Assembly: GCA_045106895.1 (NCBI GenBank)
Contig: JBGCFM010000029.1
Span: forward strand, 1 to 64,000
DNA length: 64,000 nucleotides
Reading direction: 5' to 3'
Origin: Polyangiales bacterium
Lineage (GTDB): Bacteria; Myxococcota_A; Polyangia; Polyangiales; Houyiibacteriaceae
A program made the position numbers and the translations under genes. Below the pieces are notes generated by a model. The model made no database searches and was not told the origin of the DNA. It worked only from the letters and a program-made list of their open reading frames with translations. Positions 20,787 to 30,480 of the stretch are shown piece after piece (within the stretch, counting starts at the first letter, position 1; the number at the start of each line of letters is the position of its first letter).

Positions 20787-21703
20787 CGCCACGCCTCGAT
20801 CCGAGCAAATCCAGAGTCATTCACCAGTTCGCCACGGGTAGGGCGCCAGTCGACACCCGGCTCGGAGCCGAACCAGGTTCTTTGGCGGCGTCCGTAGACA
20901 CGCGTCGCTTTGCGCGCCGCGGCCTGCATTTCGTCCTCGCTGAGTTCTCCGTCGATGAAGCGCACCATCTGTGCATAGCCTACGCTGCCGAAGGGTCTCG
21001 CGCTCCGTGGCCATTTGGCGAGGAGGCCCTCCGTTTCAGCCCGCCAGCCGGCGCTGAGCATCTGAGCACGGCGTGCGTCGAGGCGTTCGTCGTGGTCCGC
21101 CTCCCGGGCGATGACGGCGAAGAGGTTGTCGTAGCGGTCGCTGCCGAGGGCGTGGGCCGCACGGAGTTCCCCCAAGGGCTTCCCCGTCTGCTCAAACACC
21201 TCAAGGGCGCGGCTGACGCGAACCAAGTCTCGCGGGTGGATCTTCTCGGCGCTGAGGGGGTCACAGGTCTGAAGTCGCTGATGGAGCGCTTCACGACCGT
21301 CGCGCTCTCCTTCTTCGAGAAGTCGCGCGCGAAGCTCCGGGTCCACAGGCGGGAGGTCGACGAGGCCGCGGACGAGGGCTCGAATCCAAAGGCCCGTCCC
21401 GCCGACGAGAATCGGGAGTCGTCCCCGAGCCGTGATGTCGTCGATGACGGCATCTGCACGACCGGCGAAATCCATCGCGTCGATATTCTCGTCGGGGTCC
21501 ACGATGTCGAGGAGGTGATGAGGCACGCCCTCAAGTTCTTCTTCGGTGGGTTTGGCGGATCCGATATCGAAGCCTCGGTACACCTGAACGCTATCTGCGC
21601 CAACGAGTTCACCATCGAGGCGTTTCGCGATTTGCACCGCCGCGCCGGTCTTCCCGCTTCCCGTACACCCGGCGATGATCAAGAGCTTTGGGTCGGAGGT
21701 CAC
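20783..21703 (-). CDS. miaA: tRNA dimethylallyltransferase
   Basis: GCTGSGKT, DSVQVYRGFDIGSAKP, VGGTGL, RRQRTWF. Confidence 0.97.
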   Translation of the reverse strand: MTSDPKLLIIAGCTGSGKTGAAVQIAKRLDGELVGADSVQVYRGFDIGSAKPTEEELEGVPHHLLDIVDPDENIDAMDFAGRADAVIDDITARGRLPILVGGTGLWIRALVRGLVDLPPVDPELRARLLEEGERDGREALHQRLQTCDPLSAEKIHPRDLVRVSRALEVFEQTGKPLGELRAAHALGSDRYDNLFAVIAREADHDERLDARRAQMLSAGWRAETEGLLAKWPRSARPFGSVGYAQMVRFIDGELSEDEMQAAARKATRVYGRRQRTWFGSEPGVDWRPTRGELVNDSGFARIEAWR

Positions 21704-23346
21704 TGGATGCCTCGAAGGGTTCGAAGGTCAACTCGGTGAATCGCTGCCTGACGGCGAATCGTCTCGTCTTCGAGGGCGACGAGGCGTTCCTCATCGCTGG
21801 CTGCGGGTGCAAAGCGCAGCATCTCCTTTTCGCCGCCGGTGAGGAACGCTCGCAGCAACACCGCGCCGTCGGCTCCGTGGAGGCATGTAGGGACGGCGTC
21901 GACGATGTACGTATTCCCGCCCAGCTCCGACCACTGAAACCCGAGCCCCTCCAGCGTCGCTTTCGCGCTCTCAAGGCCGGCGAGCATCTTCGCGTCGAGT
22001 TCCAGCCGCGTCGGAAAGAGCAAGGAAGCGCTCTCGCCTTGGGGCAAGGCCCGCTTCGCACGAAGCGCATCAACCCGGCGCGGCACGATGACGTGGAGAC
22101 ACCCGGCAAACTCGATGAGCCATTCCCCGCCGGAGAGTCGTCCGACGCGTTGGGGCTTTTCGCGTGTGGGTTCGGGCTCGCTCGGAGCGCGGGACGAATC
22201 GCGCAGTGCGTCCGCCAGCGCGCTGCCAGCGTTCGCCCGAGCTGGCGAGGTGTAGTCGCCGGGCGACTGGGCGGCGCGGCTGACTCCTACGCCACCGAGC
22301 CGCTCCGCCCAAAAACTCGGCGCCCGCGGGAGCTCCGGCTGAGCAGTTTCGGATGCCTGCGGTCTTGGTGTGACACGGGCGCGGCCGACGATATTCGTCA
22401 CGGCGTCGCTCAACAGTCGTGCCGAGCGAAATCGTACCTCGGTCTTCTGAGGGTGTGCGTTCACATCGACATCCTCCGGGGGAAGGTCGATGTAGATAAC
22501 GCCGACGGGGTAGTGCCCGCTCGGCAGTTCGTCGCCGAAGGCGAAGGCCGCAGCGTAGGCAAGCCGTCGATCGACGACGGCGCGCCCATTGACGATGAGA
22601 TGCAGCTTGCGAGCGCCCTTCGTGGCGTGCGATGGCGGCGCGACGATGGCTTCGATGCGGACCCCTTGATACTCCCCTTTCGCCGTGCGGAGGTCGAGGT
22701 CCGAGAATGCCCGTTGCACACGTTCCGTGCGCGAGCGGACCGGCAAGAACTCGCGGAGCTTTCGCCCATCATGAATGAGGGTGAGGCGCAGTGCTGGATT
22801 CGCGAGGGCGGCGTGCAGGCACACCTTCGCGACGTGGCGCATCTCCGTTTGCCGCGCCGAGAGGAACTTCTTGCGCGCCGGCACGTTGAAGAAGAGCTCC
22901 TGTACATCGACGGTGGTGCCCGGAGCGCAGCCGATGGGCGCGATGCTCGGGGCGCCTCCGCCATCGATGCGGACCTCGGTTCCTTCGATCTCGTCGCGTT
23001 GACGGGTGAGAAGCCGAAAGTGAGAAACGGAGGCGATGCTGGCCAGTGCTTCCCCACGAAAACCAAGGGTGGCGATCGCCTCGAGGTCATCGAGGGTGGA
23101 TAGCTTGCTGGTGGCGTGGCGAACCACGCACATCGACGCGTCTTCCCGGCCCATGCCTCGCCCATCGTCCTGAACGAGGACCCGCTCTCGGCCGCCGTCC
23201 TTGAGTTCGACTCGGATGGTCGTGGCGCCCGCGTCCACGGCGTTGTCGACCAACTCTTTGACCACGGAGGCCGGCCGCTCGATCACTTCTCCAGCGGCGA
23301 TCTGGTCGATCAGCGCATCGCCGAGGAGCCGAACGCGGTGCGACAT
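21700..23346 (-). CDS. mutL: DNA mismatch repair protein MutL (short, degenerate C-terminal domain)
   Basis: IAAGEVIERPASVVKEL, HATSK, GFRGEALAS, DVNAHPQK. Confidence 0.95.
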   Translation of the reverse strand: MSHRVRLLGDALIDQIAAGEVIERPASVVKELVDNAVDAGATTIRVELKDGGRERVLVQDDGRGMGREDASMCVVRHATSKLSTLDDLEAIATLGFRGEALASIASVSHFRLLTRQRDEIEGTEVRIDGGGAPSIAPIGCAPGTTVDVQELFFNVPARKKFLSARQTEMRHVAKVCLHAALANPALRLTLIHDGRKLREFLPVRSRTERVQRAFSDLDLRTAKGEYQGVRIEAIVAPPSHATKGARKLHLIVNGRAVVDRRLAYAAAFAFGDELPSGHYPVGVIYIDLPPEDVDVNAHPQKTEVRFRSARLLSDAVTNIVGRARVTPRPQASETAQPELPRAPSFWAERLGGVGVSRAAQSPGDYTSPARANAGSALADALRDSSRAPSEPEPTREKPQRVGRLSGGEWLIEFAGCLHVIVPRRVDALRAKRALPQGESASLLFPTRLELDAKMLAGLESAKATLEGLGFQWSELGGNTYIVDAVPTCLHGADGAVLLRAFLTGGEKEMLRFAPAASDEERLVALEDETIRRQAAIHRVDLRTLRGIQ

Positions 23347-23444
23347 ACGTGTCGCGTATCAGAGCGCTGAAGCCGTCGCAACGCAGCAGACGCACAAGAT
23401 ACTGACTTTGTTGAAAAAACTCCCTTCTCATCTCACGCGATCGA

Positions 23445-23473
23445 TTGACCCTCAAAAACTCGTTTGTTAGCTT
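23445..23473 (+). promoter_or_regulatory. sigma70-type promoter of the kinase gene
   Basis: TTGACC-N17-TAGCTT, ending 13 nt before ATG 23487. Confidence 0.55.
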
Positions 23474-23486
23474 CGAGCCTTCGCGG

Positions 23487-25100
23487 ATGAAGAAGGTCTG
23501 TCCTATTTGTAAAGCCGAGTATCTCGGTGGAGAGGTCTTTTGTCCCGTCGACGCGGCGCGACTCATCACGCCCTCGCAGATCGGCATGGAGGGACCGCTG
23601 ACGGACGATGCCCTCGTCGGCTCGGAGCTCGACCGCTATCGAGTCATTCGGCGCATCGGCGAAGGCGGGATGGGCCTAGTCTACGAAGGCCTGCACATCG
23701 CCATCGAGAAGCGTGTCGCCATCAAGGTGCTTCGTGATGACTTCTCCTCCCGGCCGGACGTCGTGGAGCGCTTTCGACAGGAAGCGAAGAGCGCGTCTCG
23801 TATCGGCCACGAGAACATCGTGGACATCTCGGACTTTGGCAGCACGCCTGCGGGGCAGAGCTACTTCGTCATGGAGTTCCTCGAAGGCGAGGACTTGGCG
23901 GATCTCATCGCCCGCGAGGGAACGCTGAGCGTCGAGAGAATCCTCGACATCTCGGGCCAATGCGCCCGTGCGCTCTCCGCGGCGCATTCGAAGGGCATCG
24001 TCCATCGCGACATGAAGCCCGAGAACATCTTCCTGACGCAGCGACCGGACCGTCCGGACTTTCCGAAGATTGTGGACTTCGGTATCGCGAAGATGAGCGA
24101 TATTGAGACTTCAGGGGCGCCGGGGCGAAAGCTCACGAAGACCGGCATGATCTTCGGCACGCCCGAGTACATGTCGCCGGAGCAGGCTGCCGGAAAGGGT
24201 CTCGACCACCGCGTCGATATCTACGGCATGGGCGTCATCATGTACGAGCTGGTAACGGGACGCGTTCCCTTCGTCGGTGACACCTTCATGGGGGTGCTGA
24301 CACAGCATTTGTTCGAGGCACCGCCTCCGCTTCGTGAGGTCAATGCCCACGTGGAGTGCAGCCGGGAGCTTGAGCTGATCATCTTCAAGTGCCTGTCGAA
24401 GAGCGCTGACGGTCGCTACGCCACCATGGACAAGCTCGCCGAGGCCCTCGACGACGCAAAGTTCGGAAAGATCAGCGAAGCGACCCTCGTAGGCTATGGC
24501 GACCCGGTTAAGGCCAAGGCTCGTCCTCCGCGGCCGGGTGTCGCGAGCGTCCCGCCTCCCGCCTCGACTGGATCGCGCGTCGGCCTCTGGGCGGGGGCCG
24601 TCGTCACCGTTCTCGCCATCGCATCTGGCATCTTCTGGCTCGGAACGCGCGGCCAGGAAGAAGAACCGGTCACCGTGGCTGCGTTGGCAGACGCCGGCGT
24701 TGCTCTCGATGCCGGGGACCCAGCGCTGGACGCTGAGGGGCCAGAGGTGGATGCCGGTGAGCCGGATGTTCCCGTCGAACCCGAAGTGGAACCGGAGCCT
24801 ACCCTTGTTGCGCTCACCTTCGAGACGGAGACACCCGGCGCACGACTTGTGTTCGTCGGCCACGATGAACTTGAGTGTGAGTCCACGCCGTGCACCGTCG
24901 AAGTGCTTCCGGGTGAGGCCCTCGAGGTGCAGGCCCGCCGAGGCCAGTGGCGCGGCGAGCTCGAGGTAACGCCGGACGAGGCCTCCACGCTGGAGATTCC
25001 AATGCGTCGTCGCCGAGTTGCCCCGAGAAACGGTGGCGACACCACCATGATTCCTGCGGGCATGGGGATGTGGGCGTTGATGGCGCCGGACTGGGACTGA
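23487..25100 (+). CDS. membrane Ser/Thr protein kinase
   Basis: CPIC/CPVD N-terminus; IGEGGMG, HRDMKPEN, DFG, YMSPE; TM helix; PEGA-like C-terminus. Confidence 0.95.
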   Translation: MKKVCPICKAEYLGGEVFCPVDAARLITPSQIGMEGPLTDDALVGSELDRYRVIRRIGEGGMGLVYEGLHIAIEKRVAIKVLRDDFSSRPDVVERFRQEAKSASRIGHENIVDISDFGSTPAGQSYFVMEFLEGEDLADLIAREGTLSVERILDISGQCARALSAAHSKGIVHRDMKPENIFLTQRPDRPDFPKIVDFGIAKMSDIETSGAPGRKLTKTGMIFGTPEYMSPEQAAGKGLDHRVDIYGMGVIMYELVTGRVPFVGDTFMGVLTQHLFEAPPPLREVNAHVECSRELELIIFKCLSKSADGRYATMDKLAEALDDAKFGKISEATLVGYGDPVKAKARPPRPGVASVPPPASTGSRVGLWAGAVVTVLAIASGIFWLGTRGQEEEPVTVAALADAGVALDAGDPALDAEGPEVDAGEPDVPVEPEVEPEPTLVALTFETETPGARLVFVGHDELECESTPCTVEVLPGEALEVQARRGQWRGELEVTPDEASTLEIPMRRRRVAPRNGGDTTMIPAGMGMWALMAPDWD

Positions 25101-25178
25101 CGTTCCGCCGCTGAGGGCCCGAGAGTGACATTGAGTCGTGGGTTTTGACGCCCGGGATCGACGCGCTACGTAGGGGGC

Positions 25179-27533
25179 ATGGATCCCGCAAACGTCCTCC
25201 CTGACAAAACTCTCCATGACCTCGAGTGGTCTCGGATTGTGGCGAGCATCGGCGCGCGCTGCGCCGGACCGCTCGGGTCCCGCATCCACGTCCCCGTCGC
25301 TTCCGACGAGGAGGCGACACGCCTCGGTCTGAAAGAGACCGCGGAAGCCCTGGCGATTCTTGAACGCGGTGAGGTGATCCCCATTGCGGGATCCGTCGAG
25401 ATCGGCGAATCGCTGACGCGCCTTGAGCGTTCCGGTGATCTGGACGCGCCGTCCCTTCGCGACGTCGCCCTGGTTCTCGAGGCGGCGCGCAGATGCCGGC
25501 GCTTCTTGTCTGCTTCGCGGGCGAGCGCCGCAACGCTCGACGCCTCCGCCGCCTTCGATGCGAGCTTGGATGGGCTCCACGACGAGCTTCGCTCCTGCAT
25601 CGACTCTGACGGAACCATCGCGGACGGGGCGAGCGCGGAGCTCCGGCGTCTCCGCGGGGAATCGTCCAACCTTCGCGGACGCATCGTGCGTCGCCTCGAA
25701 CAGATGATTCATCAGAACTCGGCGATCCTGCAGGACTCGTTTCATACAGTGCGCGAAGGGCGACACGTGTTGCCCGTTCGACGAGATGCGCATGAGAAGC
25801 TCCAGGGGATCGTCCACGGCACGAGCGCCAGCGGGGCCACGGTCTTCGTCGAGCCCCGCGCCCTCGTCGAGCAGGGCAATCGCCTTCGAATGGCTCAAGC
25901 GGAACAGGAGCGCGAAGAGGCGCGAATCTTGGCCGACCTCAGCGAGCTGGTCCGTGAGCGGCTCCCTTCCATGCACGCGGCCGTGGACTCCCTTGACCAT
26001 TTGGACCTGCGGCAAGCGAGCGCCCGTCTTGGGCGAGACCTCGGCGGCGTGTGTCTCGAGATGTCGAGCGAAGCAACGATTCGACTCGAAAGCGCCCGTC
26101 ACCCCGTGCTCCTCCTCGATGGCGTGGACGTGGTGGCGAGCAGCCTTCAAGCGACGTCGTCGAAGGCGCTCATCATTTCGGGGCCAAACGCGGGCGGCAA
26201 GACCGTCGCGCTCAAGACTTTGGGGCTCGCCGCGCTGATGACTCGCGCCGCCGTTCCTTTTCCCGCAGACGAAGGAAGCGTGTGCGGGTTCTACTCGAAT
26301 ATCGCCACAGACGTTGGCGATGATCAGTCGCTGACGAAGAACCTATCCACGTTCTCGGCGCACATCACCAATCTCTCCAAGATCCTTCGATGGGCCGATG
26401 GGCGCACACTCGTTCTCTTGGACGAAGTCGCAGGCGGAACGGACCCCGAAGAAGGCGCGGCTCTCGCGTGTGCGCTCGTCGACGCTCTGTGTCGCGCCGG
26501 TGCCGCGACGGTTTTGACGACGCACTACGAGGCGCTGAAGGCCATGGCGGCCCGCGACGAGCGCCTCGACAACGCCGCCGTCGGTTTTGATGTCGAGGCG
26601 ATGTTGCCGACGTTTGAGCTTGTCCACGGAGTTCCTGGTGCGTCCAGCGCTCTCGCCGTGGCGCTTCGCTTCGGCATTCCAGAGAATGTGGTTTCGTATG
26701 CCCGTCGCGTGCTCCCGGAGCAAAGCCGCGCCTTTGACGAAGTGGTCCGCGAGCTCGACTCCCAACGACAAGAACTCGCACGGGCGCAGGCTGACGTTGA
26801 GGCCGAGCGCCGACGCGTCGCGGAAGAGCGAGCCAACGTAAAGGCCCAGCTGGAGCGCATCGCCGAGCGAGGCCAAAAGGCTGTGGATGAGGAGTCCCGC
26901 AAGCTCCGTGAAGTGCTTCGAGCGGCGAACCAAGAGATCAAAGAGAGCCGTCGCGCCCTGCGAAAGAAGAGCGACGCAGAGAACATCGAGACGCAGCGCC
27001 GGTTGGTGCGTGCCGCGGAGGCCGTGTTGCCGGAGCCAAGGGTAAGCGGCGAGGGCGGCGGCCCCGTGAAGAACCTGACTCCGGGCCAACGCGTCTACGT
27101 TCCACGCCTTCGAACGCACGCGGATGTGCTCGAGGGACCCACTCGGAACAAGGTGCGTGTGGCCGCGGGGCCGCTCAAGCTTTGGGTGAAGACGAGCGAA
27201 CTACGGGCCTCCACGGAGCAGACGAGTTCAGGCGCCGCGCCGCGCCCAAAGCCAGAACCCGTCGAACGGCGCGTGGATCCGCAGACGAGCGACAACACGC
27301 TCAACTTGCGCGGCCTCCGCGTGGACGACGCACTGACCCTCGTCGAGACCTTCCTCGACCGAGTGTACGGAAGCGGTGGCAGCACGGCCTACCTCGCCCA
27401 TGGTCTCGGCACCGGAGCGCTTCGCGACGCGATTCGCGAGCAACTCTCCCGGGACACAGTCTACGCAGCGTCGTTCCGCGGGGGCGACATGGAAGAAGGC
27501 GGCGAACGCATCACCGTCGTCACACTTCGCTGA
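25179..27533 (+). CDS. mutS2: MutS2 with C-terminal Smr domain
   Basis: SASGATVFVEP, Walker A GPNAGGKT, STFSAH, LLDE, TTHY; Smr LNLRG..HGLGTGALR. Confidence 0.95.
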   Translation: MDPANVLPDKTLHDLEWSRIVASIGARCAGPLGSRIHVPVASDEEATRLGLKETAEALAILERGEVIPIAGSVEIGESLTRLERSGDLDAPSLRDVALVLEAARRCRRFLSASRASAATLDASAAFDASLDGLHDELRSCIDSDGTIADGASAELRRLRGESSNLRGRIVRRLEQMIHQNSAILQDSFHTVREGRHVLPVRRDAHEKLQGIVHGTSASGATVFVEPRALVEQGNRLRMAQAEQEREEARILADLSELVRERLPSMHAAVDSLDHLDLRQASARLGRDLGGVCLEMSSEATIRLESARHPVLLLDGVDVVASSLQATSSKALIISGPNAGGKTVALKTLGLAALMTRAAVPFPADEGSVCGFYSNIATDVGDDQSLTKNLSTFSAHITNLSKILRWADGRTLVLLDEVAGGTDPEEGAALACALVDALCRAGAATVLTTHYEALKAMAARDERLDNAAVGFDVEAMLPTFELVHGVPGASSALAVALRFGIPENVVSYARRVLPEQSRAFDEVVRELDSQRQELARAQADVEAERRRVAEERANVKAQLERIAERGQKAVDEESRKLREVLRAANQEIKESRRALRKKSDAENIETQRRLVRAAEAVLPEPRVSGEGGGPVKNLTPGQRVYVPRLRTHADVLEGPTRNKVRVAAGPLKLWVKTSELRASTEQTSSGAAPRPKPEPVERRVDPQTSDNTLNLRGLRVDDALTLVETFLDRVYGSGGSTAYLAHGLGTGALRDAIREQLSRDTVYAASFRGGDMEEGGERITVVTLR

Positions 27534-27557
27534 GCTCCGGAACGACGCGACAGCAGC

Positions 27558-28991
27558 CTAGAAAGGGAGCCGCTCGTATCCGTCACCCATGGTGGTCGGA
27601 GCTTCGCTCGTCATTTCAGACGGGGGTGCCTGCTGTGCACCGTTGCGCGCGGGCTGCCACCGGCGACGCTCCTCTGTGAGAGGCACCATGACGTCTTCGT
27701 ACGCCGAGAGTTCCGCTTGCGCCGTCTCGAAGCCTTCAAGTCGAAGCTCGACGGAGATCTGCTCGTCGGGGCCGATTTCAAGAGCGAGTGGCGTGGTGCC
27801 TTGAAGAACGGCATCCGCCCACACCTCGGCTCCCGGCGGCTGTGACTCGACTTGGACCGTCAAGATTTCCGGCGTTAGCTCGGGAGGCTCCGGCAAGGGC
27901 GGCGGATCCACCACCGTGGCCCGAGGAGGAGGAGTGGGTTCAGGCAGGACCTCAGCGTCGCCGCTCATGATGATCCACCCAGCGATGAGAGCGCTGAGGA
28001 GCAGGATGAGTGCGGCGATCCAAATCGGTGCTCGCTCCCTCTGTGCTCGAAATACACCCGTGGGCCGGGCGCGATACGTCTCCAGTTCCGGGACACATTT
28101 CTCAAGGGCTTCGATGAACTTCGTCGCGTCCTGGTATCGACGATCCGGCGACTTCGCGATGGCGCGCAGCACAAGCTTGTCGAGACGCGGCGTGATCGGG
28201 CGAGTCGGGACCAGCTCCTTGGGTGACTTCGGTTCTTCACGAATGTGCTGAGCCATGACGACAACCGCGTCATCATCTTGGAAGGGCGGCACACCCGTAA
28301 GGAGCTGATACATCAGTACGCCGACGCTGTAGAGGTCGCTTCGGGCGTCGAGCTTTTTGCCCTGGGCCTGTTCCGGCGACATGTAGCGCGGCGTTCCGAA
28401 CACTGTGCCGGCTTGGGTTTCAAGCGAGTCAAAGTCGTTCTCGCCTTCGAAGACCTTGGCGATTCCAAAGTCGAGCACTTTGACGACGGGAGCTTCTTGT
28501 CCTTCAACGTCCGCCAACACGATGTTGTCCGGCTTCAGGTCGCGGTGGATAATGCCCTTGGTGTGGGCCTCATGCAGACTCGTGAGAATCTGCTGAACGA
28601 TGCGGATGGCTTCGACGGGGTCGACGGCGACATCACGTCGAACTTTCTCCGTCAGGGTCTCGCCTTCGAGAAGCTCCATCGCCAGAAAAAGGATGCCCTT
28701 TTCCGTTTGGCCAAAATCGTAGACGCGCACGGTGTGGGCGTTCTGGAGAAGGCTCATCGCTTTCGCTTCACGGTGAAAGCGTGTGACGGTCTCGCTCTCC
28801 CACGCCACTTCGTCCCGGAGCAGCTTGAGTGCGACGGGTCGCCCAAGCGGCGTCTGCTCTGCTCGGTACACGGTCCCCATGCCACCAGCACCGATGAGCT
28901 CTTCAACCTTGAAGCGCTCCGCAACGGTCGTGCCCACGTAGGGGTCGAGGTTCTTTTCTGCACTAGCGGAGGACATGAGCGGTCTCCCCAT
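27558..28991 (-). CDS. membrane Ser/Thr protein kinase with PEGA domain
   Basis: IGAGGMG, HRDLKPDN, DFG, YMSPE; TM helix; VESQPPGAEV..GTTPL; start may be 28976. Confidence 0.94.
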   Translation of the reverse strand: MGRPLMSSASAEKNLDPYVGTTVAERFKVEELIGAGGMGTVYRAEQTPLGRPVALKLLRDEVAWESETVTRFHREAKAMSLLQNAHTVRVYDFGQTEKGILFLAMELLEGETLTEKVRRDVAVDPVEAIRIVQQILTSLHEAHTKGIIHRDLKPDNIVLADVEGQEAPVVKVLDFGIAKVFEGENDFDSLETQAGTVFGTPRYMSPEQAQGKKLDARSDLYSVGVLMYQLLTGVPPFQDDDAVVVMAQHIREEPKSPKELVPTRPITPRLDKLVLRAIAKSPDRRYQDATKFIEALEKCVPELETYRARPTGVFRAQRERAPIWIAALILLLSALIAGWIIMSGDAEVLPEPTPPPRATVVDPPPLPEPPELTPEILTVQVESQPPGAEVWADAVLQGTTPLALEIGPDEQISVELRLEGFETAQAELSAYEDVMVPLTEERRRWQPARNGAQQAPPSEMTSEAPTTMGDGYERLPF

Positions 28992-29052
28992 AGCCTAACA
29001 CGGCGCGGCCGTCAGGTCGGGCGATGGGGAGGGCAGTTTGTCTAGTTATTAC

Positions 29053-30480
29053 TTACGGACTTGGTGGTACGCAGTAGGTCGGCCAGAAATCACCGGTCTG
29101 GATCGGACGGCATTCTCGGTCCGATGTACAGGTACTATCCGAGCAGCATGGCGCGACGCACGACCCGTTGTGGCAGCGGAGGGAGTCGCACTGGCCGTTC
29201 ACTGTGCACGTCGTTCCAGCCCGCCCCATCGGGTTCTCCGTGAGGCAGATGTTGATCGGGCCGCCTTCCACGGGAATCGATGTGCAGCCCTCGTTCGACG
29301 GACACTCGCCTACTGCCCCGCAGGCCTCGCGACATCTTCTCGTGAGTCCGTAGCAAAAGTAACTCTGGCACTGTTCATTCACGCTGCAGCTCTCGCCGTT
29401 CTCGCGCCTGGTACCTGCGTTGAAACAACCTGTCGTATTCGTCGAGGAGTCACTCGACGCGGCGAGGCGCAGGCAAGCCTCGCCGGAATCGCAGTCAGCG
29501 TCGGAGCTGCACATCGGTTGGCAGGTGCCGCCGTTTCGGCAGTAGCCGGAGGCACAATCAACGTGGTCGTCGCAATTCGTATCATCGGGCAAACCGACTT
29601 GCCCTTCGAGGACGCAAAGCCGAGCGCCGGTGTGGTCGCTGGCGCACACCGACCCGTTGGGGCAATCCTCCTTGCTGCAGCATGTGCGGGTGCATGTGCG
29701 CATATCGGCAATGCCGACGGCGTCTAGGTCTGCGCAAAACGTGCCATCAACGCACGTCGCGTCGGACGTGCACGCCGTGCCGAGCGGTGTGATGTCTCTG
29801 CATTGGCCGATCGCTTCAACGCAGCGCTGGTCTTCCTCACATTGCCCGTCGTTCTCGCAGTCGCGCGGAGGAGTTGTTCGGCAAACCGCCGGCGTCACGC
29901 TGGTATCGCAGTAGTCGACGCTCAAGTCGCAGCCAAATCTCTCCGTGTCGTTCGCACAGCTACGAAGGACACACGCGCCCTGGCAGATACTGTCTTCATC
30001 GCAAAGCGGCGTCCCCTGCTCGTTGTCTGTCTCACCATCGCAATCGTCGTCGAGGTTGTTGCAGACCTCGTCTGTCCCTTCGTCGACCCGACCGTCGCAG
30101 TCATCGTCCACCATGTTGCAGACGTCGTTCATGGTCGGGACGTCTTCGTCGATCCGACCATCGCAGTCGTCGTCCACCCGATTGCAAACCTCGACCGTTG
30201 CACCGATTCCCTCATCGAACTCACCGTCGCAGTCATCGTCAAGTCCGTTACAGACCTCGGTGCCTTGTTCTTCGTCGGTGAGACCGTCGCAGTCGTCATC
30301 GGCGCCGTTGCAGATTTCGGCAGAACCCTCGACACATGCCAGGCCGACTTCGCACACACCTTCAAAGCATGACATGCCAGAGGGGCAGCCCTCGTTTCCC
30401 GAGCAGCGCTCTTCCCCCGGTTCGATCACAAGCGAGCAGGCCAGTGTGAAGAGTAGCGCGAACAGAAAAAAGCGGTTCAA
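29053..30480 (-). CDS. Cys-rich lipoprotein with putative metal-binding (MopE-related) repeats
   Basis: Lipobox TLAC; five [ED]-[IV]-C-N-x-x-DDDCDG-x-x-D repeats; many Cys-rich modules; TTG start overlaps the upstream stop. Confidence 0.85.
   Translation of the reverse strand: MNRFFLFALLFTLACSLVIEPGEERCSGNEGCPSGMSCFEGVCEVGLACVEGSAEICNGADDDCDGLTDEEQGTEVCNGLDDDCDGEFDEGIGATVEVCNRVDDDCDGRIDEDVPTMNDVCNMVDDDCDGRVDEGTDEVCNNLDDDCDGETDNEQGTPLCDEDSICQGACVLRSCANDTERFGCDLSVDYCDTSVTPAVCRTTPPRDCENDGQCEEDQRCVEAIGQCRDITPLGTACTSDATCVDGTFCADLDAVGIADMRTCTRTCCSKEDCPNGSVCASDHTGARLCVLEGQVGLPDDTNCDDHVDCASGYCRNGGTCQPMCSSDADCDSGEACLRLAASSDSSTNTTGCFNAGTRRENGESCSVNEQCQSYFCYGLTRRCREACGAVGECPSNEGCTSIPVEGGPINICLTENPMGRAGTTCTVNGQCDSLRCHNGSCVAPCCSDSTCTSDRECRPIQTGDFWPTYCVPPSP

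Noticed and set aside
24111..26150. 679-aa antisense ORF and other long shadow ORFs (for example 11600-13006, 21688-23103, 31862-33472)
   Set aside because: They overlap well-supported genes, have no recognisable motifs, and are expected in high-GC DNA.
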